Shown here: in pieces, positions 1-8,945 of the stretch
Numbering within the stretch: the stretch's first letter is position 1
How the letters are laid out: every line of letters starts with the position of its first letter
Source: an uncultured Nitrososphaerota archaeon
GTDB taxonomy: Archaea > Korarchaeota > Korarchaeia > Korarchaeales > Korarchaeaceae
Assembly (NCBI GenBank): GCA_964480775.1
Contig: CAYZRF010000001.1
Span: 58,201-90,200 of the forward strand
Length of the DNA stretch: 32,000 nt
Direction of reading: 5' to 3'
Program-made: the position numbers and the translations under genes
Notes under the pieces: generated by a model
Told to the model about the DNA's origin: nothing
Databases searched by the model: none
What the model saw: only the letters and a program-made list of their open reading frames with translations

Positions 1-1777
1 TTCCTCTCTCGTCCCATCCCCTTATCTCGTAGTACCAGCTTAGCAGTTGGTCGTATGCGCCCTTATCGATCTTTGTGCCCTTCAACGGACCCTTTGTCAG
101 GGGTTCCTCGAACCATCTTGCCGGCGGATAGTCCATCTCCCTGCTCCAGTTCGGGTTCTCTCTTATCCAGAAGGCTCTAACGAGGTTGTATATCCTATCT
201 GCTATAAGCCAAAGGTCCTGCAGTGTATAGTCTAGGCCCGTAGCGGCCTTTAGATACTTTGGATACCATTCTAGGTTGAATGCAAGTTCAATCCAGGGAA
301 GTCTACAGGTTACAGCGGATTCAAAGAATCCGCCTCTTATGCGCTGCATTTCAATTAATCGCTCTACCTTCTCCTTTGTGACTAAGTCCCTCCCCATTTT
401 GAGCTCCCAAGCTATAAACCATGCGTCCTTGTGATGTGAGCCGATAGGAGACGTTCCGAAGGCTAGAGCCATACCTGGAGCCGCATGGCAGTCATAAGCC
501 GTTATCTCTAAGCCCTTTATGTGCATCGCGAACTTCTCAGATCCATGACCTATCTTGGCAGAGAACCTCTTAACTCCCTCAGCCATCTGGTCTCCTATGC
601 CCTTTCTTGAAGCGACCATTTCTGCGAGTTCAAACATAGCTTGACCGTCTCCCCACTTCAAGTCGATGCCGACCTCTTTCTTGGAAAGGAGGCCTTTCTC
701 CATACATTCTGTAGCAAATCCAAGAACGCTTCCTAACGTTATGGTATCTATGCCTTCCTTGTCCGCAAGAAGGTTTAGGTTTAGAGACCAGTCAAAATCT
801 CCTATTCCAAGGTTAGAGCCAAGCATTCCAATATTTTCGTAATCTACTTCGCAGATCTCCCCTTTATAAGGTCCATCCCTTATTTCACACTGCATCCCAC
901 ATTGCATATTGCAGAAGGGGCAACCTTTCTGCGAAACCTTGTACTCCTCCATCTTTGAGCCGCTTATTCCCTCCCATCCATCGAAAACCCCTTCTCTGAA
1001 GTTGTATGTGGGCAAAACGCTGTTTGCCTGGGACCATTCAATTGTGGCCATCGTTCCTTGCCTTACCCAGAAGTCGTAGTTTTCTGCGGCCTTTATTTCA
1101 GCGTATCCTTCTTTTGCCATTTCCTTTAGACCTTCAGGATTTATGGCAGGGATCTCCTTTGTTCCCTTTATTACAACGGCTTTCAGGTTTTTACTACCCA
1201 TGACGGCCCCCATACCAGTTCTGCCGCCAGCTCTACCCTTTTCAGAAACGACAACAGCAAATCTAACTAACTTCTCACCACCAGGGCCTATTACAAGGAT
1301 TCCAACCTTTCCATATTCTTCTTCCAGTAAATCCTGAACTTCGTAAGCGTTTCTCCCCCACAGATCCGTAGCAGGCTTTATCTCAACGGAATCATCTTCA
1401 ACATAGAGTAGAGATGGTTCATTTGCCTTCCCCTGTACGACAATTAGGTCATAGCCAGCTTTCCTCAGCTGAACCGAAGCTCTCGTCCCGATGTTCCCGT
1501 CACCATACCCTCCTGTTAACGGGGACTTGGCTGCGATAACAAGCTTTCCGCTACTTGGGAGTGCGAAACCTGTTAGAGGCCCTGTCGCAAAAATAAGCCT
1601 ATTTTCAGGGGAGAAGGGGTCTGTACCAGGCTTAAGTTCATCCCATAGGATTTTTACCGCTAGTCCCCTTCCTCCCAGCAGGTCGACCGCGTCTTTAGCG
1701 TCCAGATTTTGAACGGTGTGCTTCCCACTTGACAGGTCAACTCTAAGGATTCTACCTGTCCAGCCACCTCTAATCAT
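1..1777 (-). CDS. Tungsten-containing aldehyde:ferredoxin oxidoreductase family protein (AOR/FOR/WOR type); C-terminus runs off the window
   Basis: Absent from the ORF track because it is truncated. The minus strand is open from the window edge to the ATG at 1775-1777. My translation starts MIRGGWTGRILRVDLSSGK. It contains LLGGRGLA, SPLTGGYGDGNIG, GGRTGMGAVMGSKNLKAV and the CxxCxxxC 4Fe-4S ligand motif GCPFCNMQCG, all typical of the AOR family. Confidence 0.9.
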   Translation of the reverse strand, partial: MIRGGWTGRILRVDLSSGKHTVQNLDAKDAVDLLGGRGLAVKILWDELKPGTDPFSPENRLIFATGPLTGFALPSSGKLVIAAKSPLTGGYGDGNIGTRASVQLRKAGYDLIVVQGKANEPSLLYVEDDSVEIKPATDLWGRNAYEVQDLLEEEYGKVGILVIGPGGEKLVRFAVVVSEKGRAGGRTGMGAVMGSKNLKAVVIKGTKEIPAINPEGLKEMAKEGYAEIKAAENYDFWVRQGTMATIEWSQANSVLPTYNFREGVFDGWEGISGSKMEEYKVSQKGCPFCNMQCGMQCEIRDGPYKGEICEVDYENIGMLGSNLGIGDFDWSLNLNLLADKEGIDTITLGSVLGFATECMEKGLLSKKEVGIDLKWGDGQAMFELAEMVASRKGIGDQMAEGVKRFSAKIGHGSEKFAMHIKGLEITAYDCHAAPGMALAFGTSPIGSHHKDAWFIAWELKMGRDLVTKEKVERLIEMQRIRGGFFESAVTCRLPWIELAFNLEWYPKYLKAATGLDYTLQDLWLIADRIYNLVRAFWIRENPNWSREMDYPPARWFEEPLTKGPLKGTKIDKGAYDQLLSWYYEIRGWDERG

Positions 1778-1803
1778 CTTAGGTCTCGCTTCTTTTTCAG
1801 AGA

Positions 1804-1814
1804 TAAAATATAAA
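1804..1814 (-). promoter_or_regulatory. TATA-box-like element upstream of the AOR-family gene
   Basis: The minus strand reads TTTATATTTTA, centred about 30 nt upstream of the ATG at 1777. This spacing fits an archaeal short-leader or leaderless promoter. Confidence 0.4.
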
Positions 1815-1954
1815 CAATCTCGGATTCTTTAGTCTCCCCACTTATCCACAGCATTACTCTATCCTCTTTTAGTGGGGACAAATTTCTCTTCTTTATGTTT
1901 CTTGTTCTTAATCTAGTGATTTAACCCATCTCACAGTAAGTTACATCCCTTTTT

Positions 1955-2863
1955 TCAGGGAGAAATTTCCCTCAGGAATCTAACAGGGTTTTTCATACTC
2001 TCAATAATGCGGATCACTTCAGACGGCTTAACTACCCCTTGTTCTGTCACAATTGCCGTTATTAGCTCAGAGGAAACTATGTCGAAACCCTCTTCGAGTT
2101 CTGGCTTTTCTCTGAGGTAACTAAGGACGTTGAACTTAGTGGTTTCACAAAGAACATAAAATGGTAAATTAAGCCTTTTTGAGGCTTGAGCAAGCCGATA
2201 TGTTGGCGTCCCATTGATGAGTGAACCGTCAAAGAGTATGCTGTCTGCACCAACAAAGATCTTATTTGCTCTCTTTGCAGACGCAATAATCGCGTTGTCT
2301 GGAAATATTTCAACCTGAATCCCTTTTGCCTCTAATTTTTTAGCCATAAGCTGACCGTAGGATCTTCCACAAACACTAGATTCTGCAACAAGAACTCTGA
2401 AGTTCTTTCCATCTCTCTTAGCCCATATAAATGTTTCAAGAAGAGTTGAGCTATAACTGCACGTCATTATGACGTTGAAATCCTCAATTAAACTAGCTCC
2501 ATACTTGGAAACTTTTCTAACGGCAAGTTCAGACTCTATAAGTAGTTCATCAATTTTCGAGGAGGCAAACTCTTTGAAAGAAGATATACAGGCTCTTTCC
2601 CCTCCCTTTTCCTTCCATCCTTTGTTAACTTCGTAAATAGCCCTAGCAATTAAGTTTTGAATGGGCGACATATTAGGCCTAGCAGCAAACAACCTTCTTC
2701 CGACCTCATTTAGACCTCTCAAAAAATCCTCGGCTGTTTCTTCCTTGCTAGTTTCTATAGCGAATTTTAGTGCTAGCAGCGCTTCCTTGGCTAGTTCTCT
2801 CGCCCCTCTCCGTCTATCAAGCCTTATTTCCTCTATTTTCTCAAGGATTTCTTGGTTTATCAT
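1955..2863 (-). CDS. eIF-2B alpha/beta/delta family protein (ribose-1,5-bisphosphate isomerase / aIF-2B-like)
   Basis: The region VLVAESSVCGRSYGQLMAKKLEAKGIQVEIFPDNAI...VGADSILFDGSLINGTPTY...LPFYVLCETTKF is typical of the IF-2B fold. The track ORF begins at a TTG (2905). The ATG at 2861-2863 (MINQEILEKIEE) is the more plausible start. Confidence 0.7.
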   Translation of the reverse strand: MINQEILEKIEEIRLDRRRGARELAKEALLALKFAIETSKEETAEDFLRGLNEVGRRLFAARPNMSPIQNLIARAIYEVNKGWKEKGGERACISSFKEFASSKIDELLIESELAVRKVSKYGASLIEDFNVIMTCSYSSTLLETFIWAKRDGKNFRVLVAESSVCGRSYGQLMAKKLEAKGIQVEIFPDNAIIASAKRANKIFVGADSILFDGSLINGTPTYRLAQASKRLNLPFYVLCETTKFNVLSYLREKPELEEGFDIVSSELITAIVTEQGVVKPSEVIRIIESMKNPVRFLREISP

Positions 2864-2970
2864 GCTCCGACATTCACAAGTTAGAAGGAAACTAAAAGCA
2901 TTCAATTAACCCTTTTATTTTCCCCATCTTCCTTATGGGCTTCCTGAATGAATTCTCGTTAATCAGCCTC

Positions 2971-3732
2971 TCAAACCATAGTCTTGAACTCATCAAATCT
3001 CATGCCTACCTCTTCTTCGGCCCTCGGTAGCACCTGTTCCCAGAGATAATTTAAGGCAGCTCTTCTCCTCTTTAATTCCTCGGTCGATAAAGCCTTAACC
3101 TGCATTATCTGCTCTAATTTAGCTCTAAATTCCTTCGGTAACCACCTTAGATGAAACGATTGGCGTATACGCCATTTCTTGGGAGGGAAAAGTTCCTTGT
3201 TTATGGCGAAAACGGCCTTCAATAGCTCTTCAAGGGCTGCATTTATCGAATAATGAGCACTTACAACATCGCCCCTATAAACCCAGGACTCAGAAACGAT
3301 GTTACAGTACCACTCCGATTGGGTCATCCCCTCTATGATCATCCATTTTCTCTCTTTGCTTTTGAGGGGAACCTTATCACTGATAAGCTGCCTTATCCTG
3401 GATTCCGGATCATAGTATATCAACGCGTTGGAAAAAGCCCATCTTTTTTCCATATCCCACTCAGATCTTGCTGAATCTTCATAGTTTACGATCTCATAAT
3501 CGATCCTGAAACCCTTGTACTCTATCTCAGCCTCGTATTTCAACCTAAATCTATGTTTTCTTCTCTTGAAGATGATTACATCAATGTCTGAGAACTTGTC
3601 AAAGTATCCTCTAGCAATAGCACCAAGAAACACTATCCCAACAACGCCTTTCCTCTTGAATCTTGATGCAAATTCCTTGGCTGTAGCTAAAGCTTCTGAG
3701 ATCTCACCTGTTCCGAGGCCATCTAACTCCAT
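2971..3732 (-). CDS. Nucleotidyltransferase (Pol-beta superfamily) with C-terminal helical domain, KNTase/ANT-like
   Basis: The N-terminal motif GIVFLGAIARGYFDKFSDIDVIIF matches G[SA]xxxG...DxD of minimal nucleotidyltransferases. About 150 aa of helical C-terminal domain follows. ATG start at 3730-3732. Confidence 0.75.
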   Translation of the reverse strand: MELDGLGTGEISEALATAKEFASRFKRKGVVGIVFLGAIARGYFDKFSDIDVIIFKRRKHRFRLKYEAEIEYKGFRIDYEIVNYEDSARSEWDMEKRWAFSNALIYYDPESRIRQLISDKVPLKSKERKWMIIEGMTQSEWYCNIVSESWVYRGDVVSAHYSINAALEELLKAVFAINKELFPPKKWRIRQSFHLRWLPKEFRAKLEQIMQVKALSTEELKRRRAALNYLWEQVLPRAEEEVGMRFDEFKTMV

Positions 3733-3777
3733 GGGCTAAATGTTTCAATTTAGACTTAAATAAAATGAGTTTAGAAA

Positions 3778-3793
3778 CCTGAAAATTTTCAGG
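3778..3793. promoter_or_regulatory. Perfect 16-nt palindrome CCTGAAAATTTTCAGG in a divergent intergenic region
   Basis: Read directly from the sequence. It lies between the divergent nucleotidyltransferase (start 3732) and tandem-GNAT gene, next to the AT-rich TATA-like CTTAAATAAAA (3755-3765). Confidence 0.35.
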
Positions 3794-3863
3794 ACAATTC
3801 AACATGCTGTGTTTAAATGTTACATTCGGGTTCAATGCAAGAAAAGGATGGTTAAAGAAAATC

Positions 3864-4814
3864 ATGTTGAACATACGTAGCTTCGTGAGGAATCAAGATG
3901 AGCTAACTTGGATTGAGATACTTAACGCGGCATATAAGGAGTATGAGGGCCTGTGTAGAGTCCTTACTGTAAAGGAAATGTATGAACTGGAGAAAGATCC
4001 AAACTTTGACTTGGGGATGCGTTACATCGCTGAACTTGATGAGAAGCCTGTTGGAATATTACTCGCCAATGTTGACACTTCTGGAGTAGAGAAAAAAGGT
4101 TACATCCGTTCTTTCGCTGTTATTCCAAGGTTTCGGGGACGTGGAGTTGAAGAAAAGCTGCTAGAAGCAGCTATAAAAGAACTCAAGGGACGAGGGATTA
4201 AGTTGATAATGGCTTGGACCGAAGCTAGGAGAATTGAACAAATAAGGGTCTTCAAAAAGCTGGGCTTCAGGTTCGACTATAGAACATTCGACATGGAGAC
4301 CGATCTATCAAAGATTCCCTCGGATGCGGGGAAAAACACCGATGTAACCGTCAGAAAGTTTAGAAAAGAATTGAAGGAGGACATAAAGATGTTGAATTGG
4401 CTTGTAAACGAGTGTTTCAAAGAATTTAATAGCTTTAAGCCTATAACAATCGAAGAAACCTGCAAATCCTTGAAAAATCCCAAACTATCAAAACAAGAGT
4501 TCTTATTCGCAACGCTGGATGGGAAAGATGTTGGTTTCATAGGAATAAGCATAGACGAGGAGTATAACAAAAGGAGGAAGGCTAGATATGGTAAAATCAA
4601 CTCAATTGGAGTCTTAAAACCCTACAGGAGAAAAGGTATTGGCACCAGGCTAATGATAGATGCTTTAAGCGCTCTCAAAGCCAAAGGTATGGCTAGAGCC
4701 ACTTTGGACACCGAAGACTGCAATCCGACAGAGACAATGAAATTTTTCCAAGCAGTAGGCTTTAGGATTGTGCAAGAATACTTGACGTACGAAAAAAGGA
4801 TCCTAACCAGTTGA
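3864..4814 (+). CDS. Tandem-GNAT N-acetyltransferase (two acetyltransferase domains in one chain)
   Basis: Two acetyl-CoA-binding motifs are present: VIPRFRGRGVEEKLLEAAIKELKGRGIK and VLKPYRRKGIGTRLMIDALSALKAKGMARATLDT. The track ORF starts at ATG 3804. The ATG at 3864 (MLNIRSFVRNQDE) gives a typical GNAT N-terminus and is preceded by AAGGATGG. Confidence 0.85.
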   Translation: MLNIRSFVRNQDELTWIEILNAAYKEYEGLCRVLTVKEMYELEKDPNFDLGMRYIAELDEKPVGILLANVDTSGVEKKGYIRSFAVIPRFRGRGVEEKLLEAAIKELKGRGIKLIMAWTEARRIEQIRVFKKLGFRFDYRTFDMETDLSKIPSDAGKNTDVTVRKFRKELKEDIKMLNWLVNECFKEFNSFKPITIEETCKSLKNPKLSKQEFLFATLDGKDVGFIGISIDEEYNKRRKARYGKINSIGVLKPYRRKGIGTRLMIDALSALKAKGMARATLDTEDCNPTETMKFFQAVGFRIVQEYLTYEKRILTS

Positions 4815-4853
4815 AAACGTTCTAGAACTCCTTCATTAGTGTATTACACCACT

Positions 4854-5393
4854 TCAGCTTTCCATCGTCATTTGCATTGATATGTAATTGGGCTTAAATC
4901 CAAATCTCTCGTAAAAGCTAATGGCTTCATCGTTCGACGCTAGAACCTCAACTCTAATGGTTCGTACACCCCTATCCTTAAACCAGTTAAATGCGTGTTT
5001 CATTATCTTTTTTCCTATCCCTCTGTTACGCCATTCTGAAACGACATAAATCTCGTAAATTTCTCCATAAGCTCCTTCCTTGAAAAATTCGTTCTGATAT
5101 ACCTTTAACCAAGACCAGCCGACAACCTGGCCTTCTACTTCCCAGATGAACATGCCATCTTTCCCTTTATCATAGGCTTCTCGCAAGGCGCGCATGTAGG
5201 CTGGTAGGCCGTGCTTCTCCGAAGTCCTTAGTAATACTTTGAACTCCTGCTCAGTCATGTGCTCAGGTCTTATGTTACTTACCACTATGTCTTCGTGAAA
5301 TGTCTTAACGATCTCAGAGTGGAGGTCCCAAGAAAAATGTCTGAGAATTAGCTTGTTCAACCTTTTCAGACCTCCTGAGTAAGGTATTCCCAT
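4854..5393 (-). CDS. GNAT family N-acetyltransferase
   Basis: VVSEWRNRGIGKKIMKHAFNWFKDRGVRTIRVEVLASNDEAISFYERFGF is a canonical GNAT motif A/B region. Confidence 0.85.
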   Translation of the reverse strand: MGIPYSGGLKRLNKLILRHFSWDLHSEIVKTFHEDIVVSNIRPEHMTEQEFKVLLRTSEKHGLPAYMRALREAYDKGKDGMFIWEVEGQVVGWSWLKVYQNEFFKEGAYGEIYEIYVVSEWRNRGIGKKIMKHAFNWFKDRGVRTIRVEVLASNDEAISFYERFGFKPNYISMQMTMES

Positions 5394-5474
5394 CTAAATT
5401 TAAAAAGAAAAATTGGTTGCTTTGTGAACACCGAAAGAGACTCGAACTAAAATAGTAAACTCCTTTGGCTCTTG

Positions 5475-6503
5475 CTAAGGGACCCAAGTAGGATCAGCTT
5501 CCCAAGGATAGTCAGAGAGAATTTTCTCGTTGCTTCCATCTGCATTTGCCACTCTTATCCTGTGGGTGCGCCCTCCGTCCTCCCACACGTATGTAAAATA
5601 GCAAATCATCTTTCCATCAGGGGAAAACTGTGGTAGTACGTCCGATTCCCCATCATCCTCGGTTATCCTCCTTAACTTACCTTCTGAATTGAGGATAAAG
5701 ATATTATATATTGGTTCTCCAGCGTCTAACTCTCGAACCTTGGCCGAAAATATGATCTCGCTCCCGTCAGGGGAGAACATAGGATCATGGATCGCAAGCA
5801 ACTTCTCATCATGCCTAAGGACGAGCTTCTTGTTTTCTCCATCGACATCCATCATGTACATGTCGAAATAACCAGAGAGTCCTTCAGAATGAATGTACAG
5901 GATCCTTTCAGGCTCCTCAAACGAGAAACTTGGATCTGCATTTATCTCTCCTGGTTTCGCAAATGTTAGCTGCTTTAATCCCGAGCCGTCGGCGTTCATC
6001 ACGTATATGTCATAACGAGGGGGGACGCCCTTTTCTATGTCCTCTGCTGTCCTATGGGCAGAATCAGACACGAAGACTATTTTAGTTCCATCGTGGTTCC
6101 AATGTGCACCAAAGTCCATCCAACTATTGTTGGTAAGTATCCTAAGGTTCTTGCCATCTATATCCATGACAGCTATTTCCCAGCCGGGATCCGTTTCTTT
6201 CACGCGATCAGGCGAAAGGTGAATGCTAAATACTATTCTCTTTCCATCAGGAGAGACATCGGGCTGAGCTTCCAAGAACCGATTGTAAGTTATTCTTTGG
6301 ACATTAGAGCCATCTGGGTTCATGATGTAGAGTTCAAAGTACTTCTGAGGATTTTGTTTGAAGTCTGGATCATCCATTGGGGCGTCCCTAGCGCTCCTAA
6401 AAACTATTTTAAAGCCCACTTCTTCATCCTTTTTGGAGATAACTACAGTTAGAGCTAATATAATAGCAATAACGGCTAGAAGAGCGATGATTAGTTTATT
6501 CAT
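5475..6503 (-). CDS. Membrane-anchored TolB-like beta-propeller protein (PD40/WD40-like repeats)
   Basis: The N-terminal hydrophobic anchor is MNKLIIALLAVIAIILALTVV. PD40-type repeats follow: DVSPDGKRIVFS, HWNHDGTKIVFVSD, MNADGSGLKQLT, FSPDGSEIIFSA, FSPDGKMICY. The track start at 6515 is TTG; the ATG at 6501-6503 is preferred. Confidence 0.8.
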   Translation of the reverse strand: MNKLIIALLAVIAIILALTVVISKKDEEVGFKIVFRSARDAPMDDPDFKQNPQKYFELYIMNPDGSNVQRITYNRFLEAQPDVSPDGKRIVFSIHLSPDRVKETDPGWEIAVMDIDGKNLRILTNNSWMDFGAHWNHDGTKIVFVSDSAHRTAEDIEKGVPPRYDIYVMNADGSGLKQLTFAKPGEINADPSFSFEEPERILYIHSEGLSGYFDMYMMDVDGENKKLVLRHDEKLLAIHDPMFSPDGSEIIFSAKVRELDAGEPIYNIFILNSEGKLRRITEDDGESDVLPQFSPDGKMICYFTYVWEDGGRTHRIRVANADGSNEKILSDYPWEADPTWVP

Positions 6504-6538
6504 CTTGGACAACAACTATGAAGAACAGATAGATGTCA

Positions 6539-7327
6539 TTAACTCTTTCCTTTCCGTAATATGCGATACCAATATGTGTAAATGGTTCTGAAACCTATGG
6601 ACTTGTAAAGTCCAATGGCTGGTCTATTTTCAGCTTGAACTTGGAGAAATGCTTTACGAACCCCCTGATTTTTGGCCCACAAACCAATTGCTTGGCTTAC
6701 AGCCCTTCCAACACCTCTCCTACGGAACTGTGGGATTGTCCAAATCGCAAATAACCCCACCCATTCCGCCTCCATGACTCCAAGGCCAACGCCAGCAACC
6801 TTATTACCTATCTTTGCCAGAGCAAAGCCCTTTTTCGCTCTGATTCGATCCATTATTTCGAGTCTGACACGAAGCTCCATCTTAGCATATCTGTTTCCAG
6901 CATTATATGCTTCAATCCACTCTGGTGTGAGCGTCTCCTTAACTATGACATTTACTTTGGGCTTTACTGACGTGAGGGCTTCGATGGGAGCGGTCATGAC
7001 ATAGGTGTCCTTCTCTCGGGTAAACCCTCTTTTCTCCAAAACAAGATCCAATTCGGGAGGAAGACTTGCACGTGTGAGCTTGAATATCGGCGATAGATCC
7101 CTCTGTTCATAAAATTCTATGGCTATTTTGATGGCTTCGCTCAATTCAACATTGCCGCTCCAATGGAGAGGAAGAACGCTGTTAGCTCTCCAAGTAATAC
7201 CTTGGTTCGCCCTTAATACCCAACCATTGAGTTCCTCACTCTCACGAGCGGGCCACATCCTACTGGACATCATTTCGAATTGCGTTATTGTCGTAGGGCT
7301 AACCCTGTCTTCAGAGCCATCTAACAT
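6539..7327 (-). CDS. GNAT family N-acetyltransferase with N-terminal accessory domain
   Basis: The C-terminal half has IPQFRRRGVGRAVSQAIGLWAKNQGVRKAFLQVQAENRPAIGLYKSIGF (GNAT motif A). ATG start at 7325-7327. Confidence 0.8.
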   Translation of the reverse strand: MLDGSEDRVSPTTITQFEMMSSRMWPARESEELNGWVLRANQGITWRANSVLPLHWSGNVELSEAIKIAIEFYEQRDLSPIFKLTRASLPPELDLVLEKRGFTREKDTYVMTAPIEALTSVKPKVNVIVKETLTPEWIEAYNAGNRYAKMELRVRLEIMDRIRAKKGFALAKIGNKVAGVGLGVMEAEWVGLFAIWTIPQFRRRGVGRAVSQAIGLWAKNQGVRKAFLQVQAENRPAIGLYKSIGFRTIYTYWYRILRKGKS

Positions 7328-7341
7328 AATCTAGTGCCTCT

Positions 7342-8073
7342 TTACGAGAGGATACGCCTGAGGTTATCCCCTAGGATCTTCCTAAGCACGTCAGGCTCTA
7401 AGCCAGCTAGCTCGATCCTTCTAAGTTCGATCTGAGCCGCGTCTATAGGAGAATCTGATGCGAAAATCACTCGATTTAAGTCAAAATTTGCAGCTAGCCC
7501 CAACTTGAAGAACAATACGGGGAATGGACGAGTAAGCAAGTAAAGATTGTTAAGATTTTGAGCTGCTCTAGGAGCCCTAATACTCATTGAAGTGACAAAT
7601 TTCACGTTCTTAAAGTTGGAAGCAAGGTCAGCCACGTACTCAGGGGGACAGAAGATGGAATCGCCTGAGTGAACATATACAACTTTGCCCAAATCTTCGG
7701 CCACCTTTATGACTGGTTCAAGTGTCTGATTCCTTAAGTAGTAGCCATCATTGGTTGGATCCAACTGGATGCCAACGAAACCCTGACTCTCTAAGGCTTC
7801 TCTAACCCTTTCTTCTTCCTTCTCAAGTAGTGGATTTGCGTGATAGAGAGGTATAAGCTTGCCAGGATATCTTCTTGCTGCTTGTAACACGAGTTTGTTT
7901 GCTTCTTCATAAAATGGGCCTGGCGGTGGTGCAACAATAACTGAAGCCTCAATTCCAAGCCTATCCATCTCTGCAATAAGGTCCTCTGCCCTTTGCTCAA
8001 TGTATATGGATTTGCCAACAAATACATGACCGTCGACTACCTTCATTTCTTTTCTATTTTTCACGCTCATCAT
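7342..8073 (-). CDS. Amidohydrolase-2 (TIM-barrel metallo-hydrolase) paralog with degenerate metal-ligand motifs
   Basis: Aligns along its whole length with the upstream gene. Examples: VVDGHVFV vs VIDGHTHF, GIQLDP vs GIKLHP, VYVHSGD vs LFHTGD, FASDSPI vs YGSDMPF. The ATG ATG at 8068-8073 sits 4 nt after the stop of the upstream gene. The track start at 8097 is TTG. Confidence 0.75.
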   Translation of the reverse strand: MMSVKNRKEMKVVDGHVFVGKSIYIEQRAEDLIAEMDRLGIEASVIVAPPPGPFYEEANKLVLQAARRYPGKLIPLYHANPLLEKEEERVREALESQGFVGIQLDPTNDGYYLRNQTLEPVIKVAEDLGKVVYVHSGDSIFCPPEYVADLASNFKNVKFVTSMSIRAPRAAQNLNNLYLLTRPFPVLFFKLGLAANFDLNRVIFASDSPIDAAQIELRRIELAGLEPDVLRKILGDNLRRILS

Positions 8074-8077
8074 AACC

Positions 8078-8839
8078 TCACACTCCCTTGATTCCAAGAA
8101 TGTGGGCCATGTTTAGACCAAGGATCATCTCTTTCTCGCTTTTAGATAGCTTGCAAAGCCTTACACTCATTAATGCGATCTCCGGGATGCCAAAGGGCAT
8201 GTCCGATCCATAAATGACTCTGTCAGCTCCTACGCGTTCTACAGCTCTAGTTATCTCCCTAGGTGTGTGGAAGGAAGTTTCCAAGATGATGTTATCGAAC
8301 CACCTGGCAACCAAGATAGCGTCCTCATACAGTCTTTTGCCCATGTGGCCTATAATGATCGTAACCTCTGGAAACGTGTCAGCAAGGTCACCAACCAACG
8401 TTGGCTGAGCAAACCCATATGTGTCAGGATCTCCCGTATGAAATAGTAATGGTACCTTCAACTTGCCTGCCAGCTCCGCTATAGGAAAGACAAGTTTCTC
8501 GCTGTTTATTGGAAAAGCCTCGTTTCTTGGATGAAGCTTTATCCCTTTGAACCCCTGACGCTTCACTCCTTCCTCGATGCTACTAAGGGCATGATCTAAG
8601 AAGTGCGGATTTACCCTTATGAACCCAAATATTCTGTTAGGCGCCTCTTTCATGGCTTTTGAGATAAAAGCATTGGCTTCATCGTACTTCCTATCCGCTC
8701 CAATCGACGATAAGGGAGGCGTCGTGACCACAGCGTCGATATCATTCATATCCATAATAGAAAGAAGTTCTTTCACGCTGTTTGGAGGTAAACCTTTCTC
8801 CGGGCCTGCAAAATGAGTATGCCCATCGATTACAACCAT
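8078..8839 (-). CDS. Amidohydrolase-2 family metal-dependent hydrolase
   Basis: The N-terminal DGHTHF is the HxH motif. Later ligand positions are KLHP, FHTGD, IIGHMG and GSDMPF. Together these match the PF04909-type amidohydrolase ligand pattern. Confidence 0.85.
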   Translation of the reverse strand: MVVIDGHTHFAGPEKGLPPNSVKELLSIMDMNDIDAVVTTPPLSSIGADRKYDEANAFISKAMKEAPNRIFGFIRVNPHFLDHALSSIEEGVKRQGFKGIKLHPRNEAFPINSEKLVFPIAELAGKLKVPLLFHTGDPDTYGFAQPTLVGDLADTFPEVTIIIGHMGKRLYEDAILVARWFDNIILETSFHTPREITRAVERVGADRVIYGSDMPFGIPEIALMSVRLCKLSKSEKEMILGLNMAHILGIKGV

Positions 8840-8945
8840 AACAACCCCTAACTTCAGATGAAGTATTTATTTTAAATGGCGTGGCGTGATCTTCCTTTGA
8901 AAAAGAAATGTACCACATTCAATTTACTCAAGATTTAATTTCCTT

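Noticed and set aside
47-1712. Four plus-strand ORFs of 62-73 aa (47-235, 1006-1203, 1143-1337, 1491-1712).
   Set aside because: They lie antisense to a continuous, strongly motif-supported AOR-family reading frame on the minus strand. Their sequences are Pro/Ser/Leu-rich, as is typical of shadow frames.
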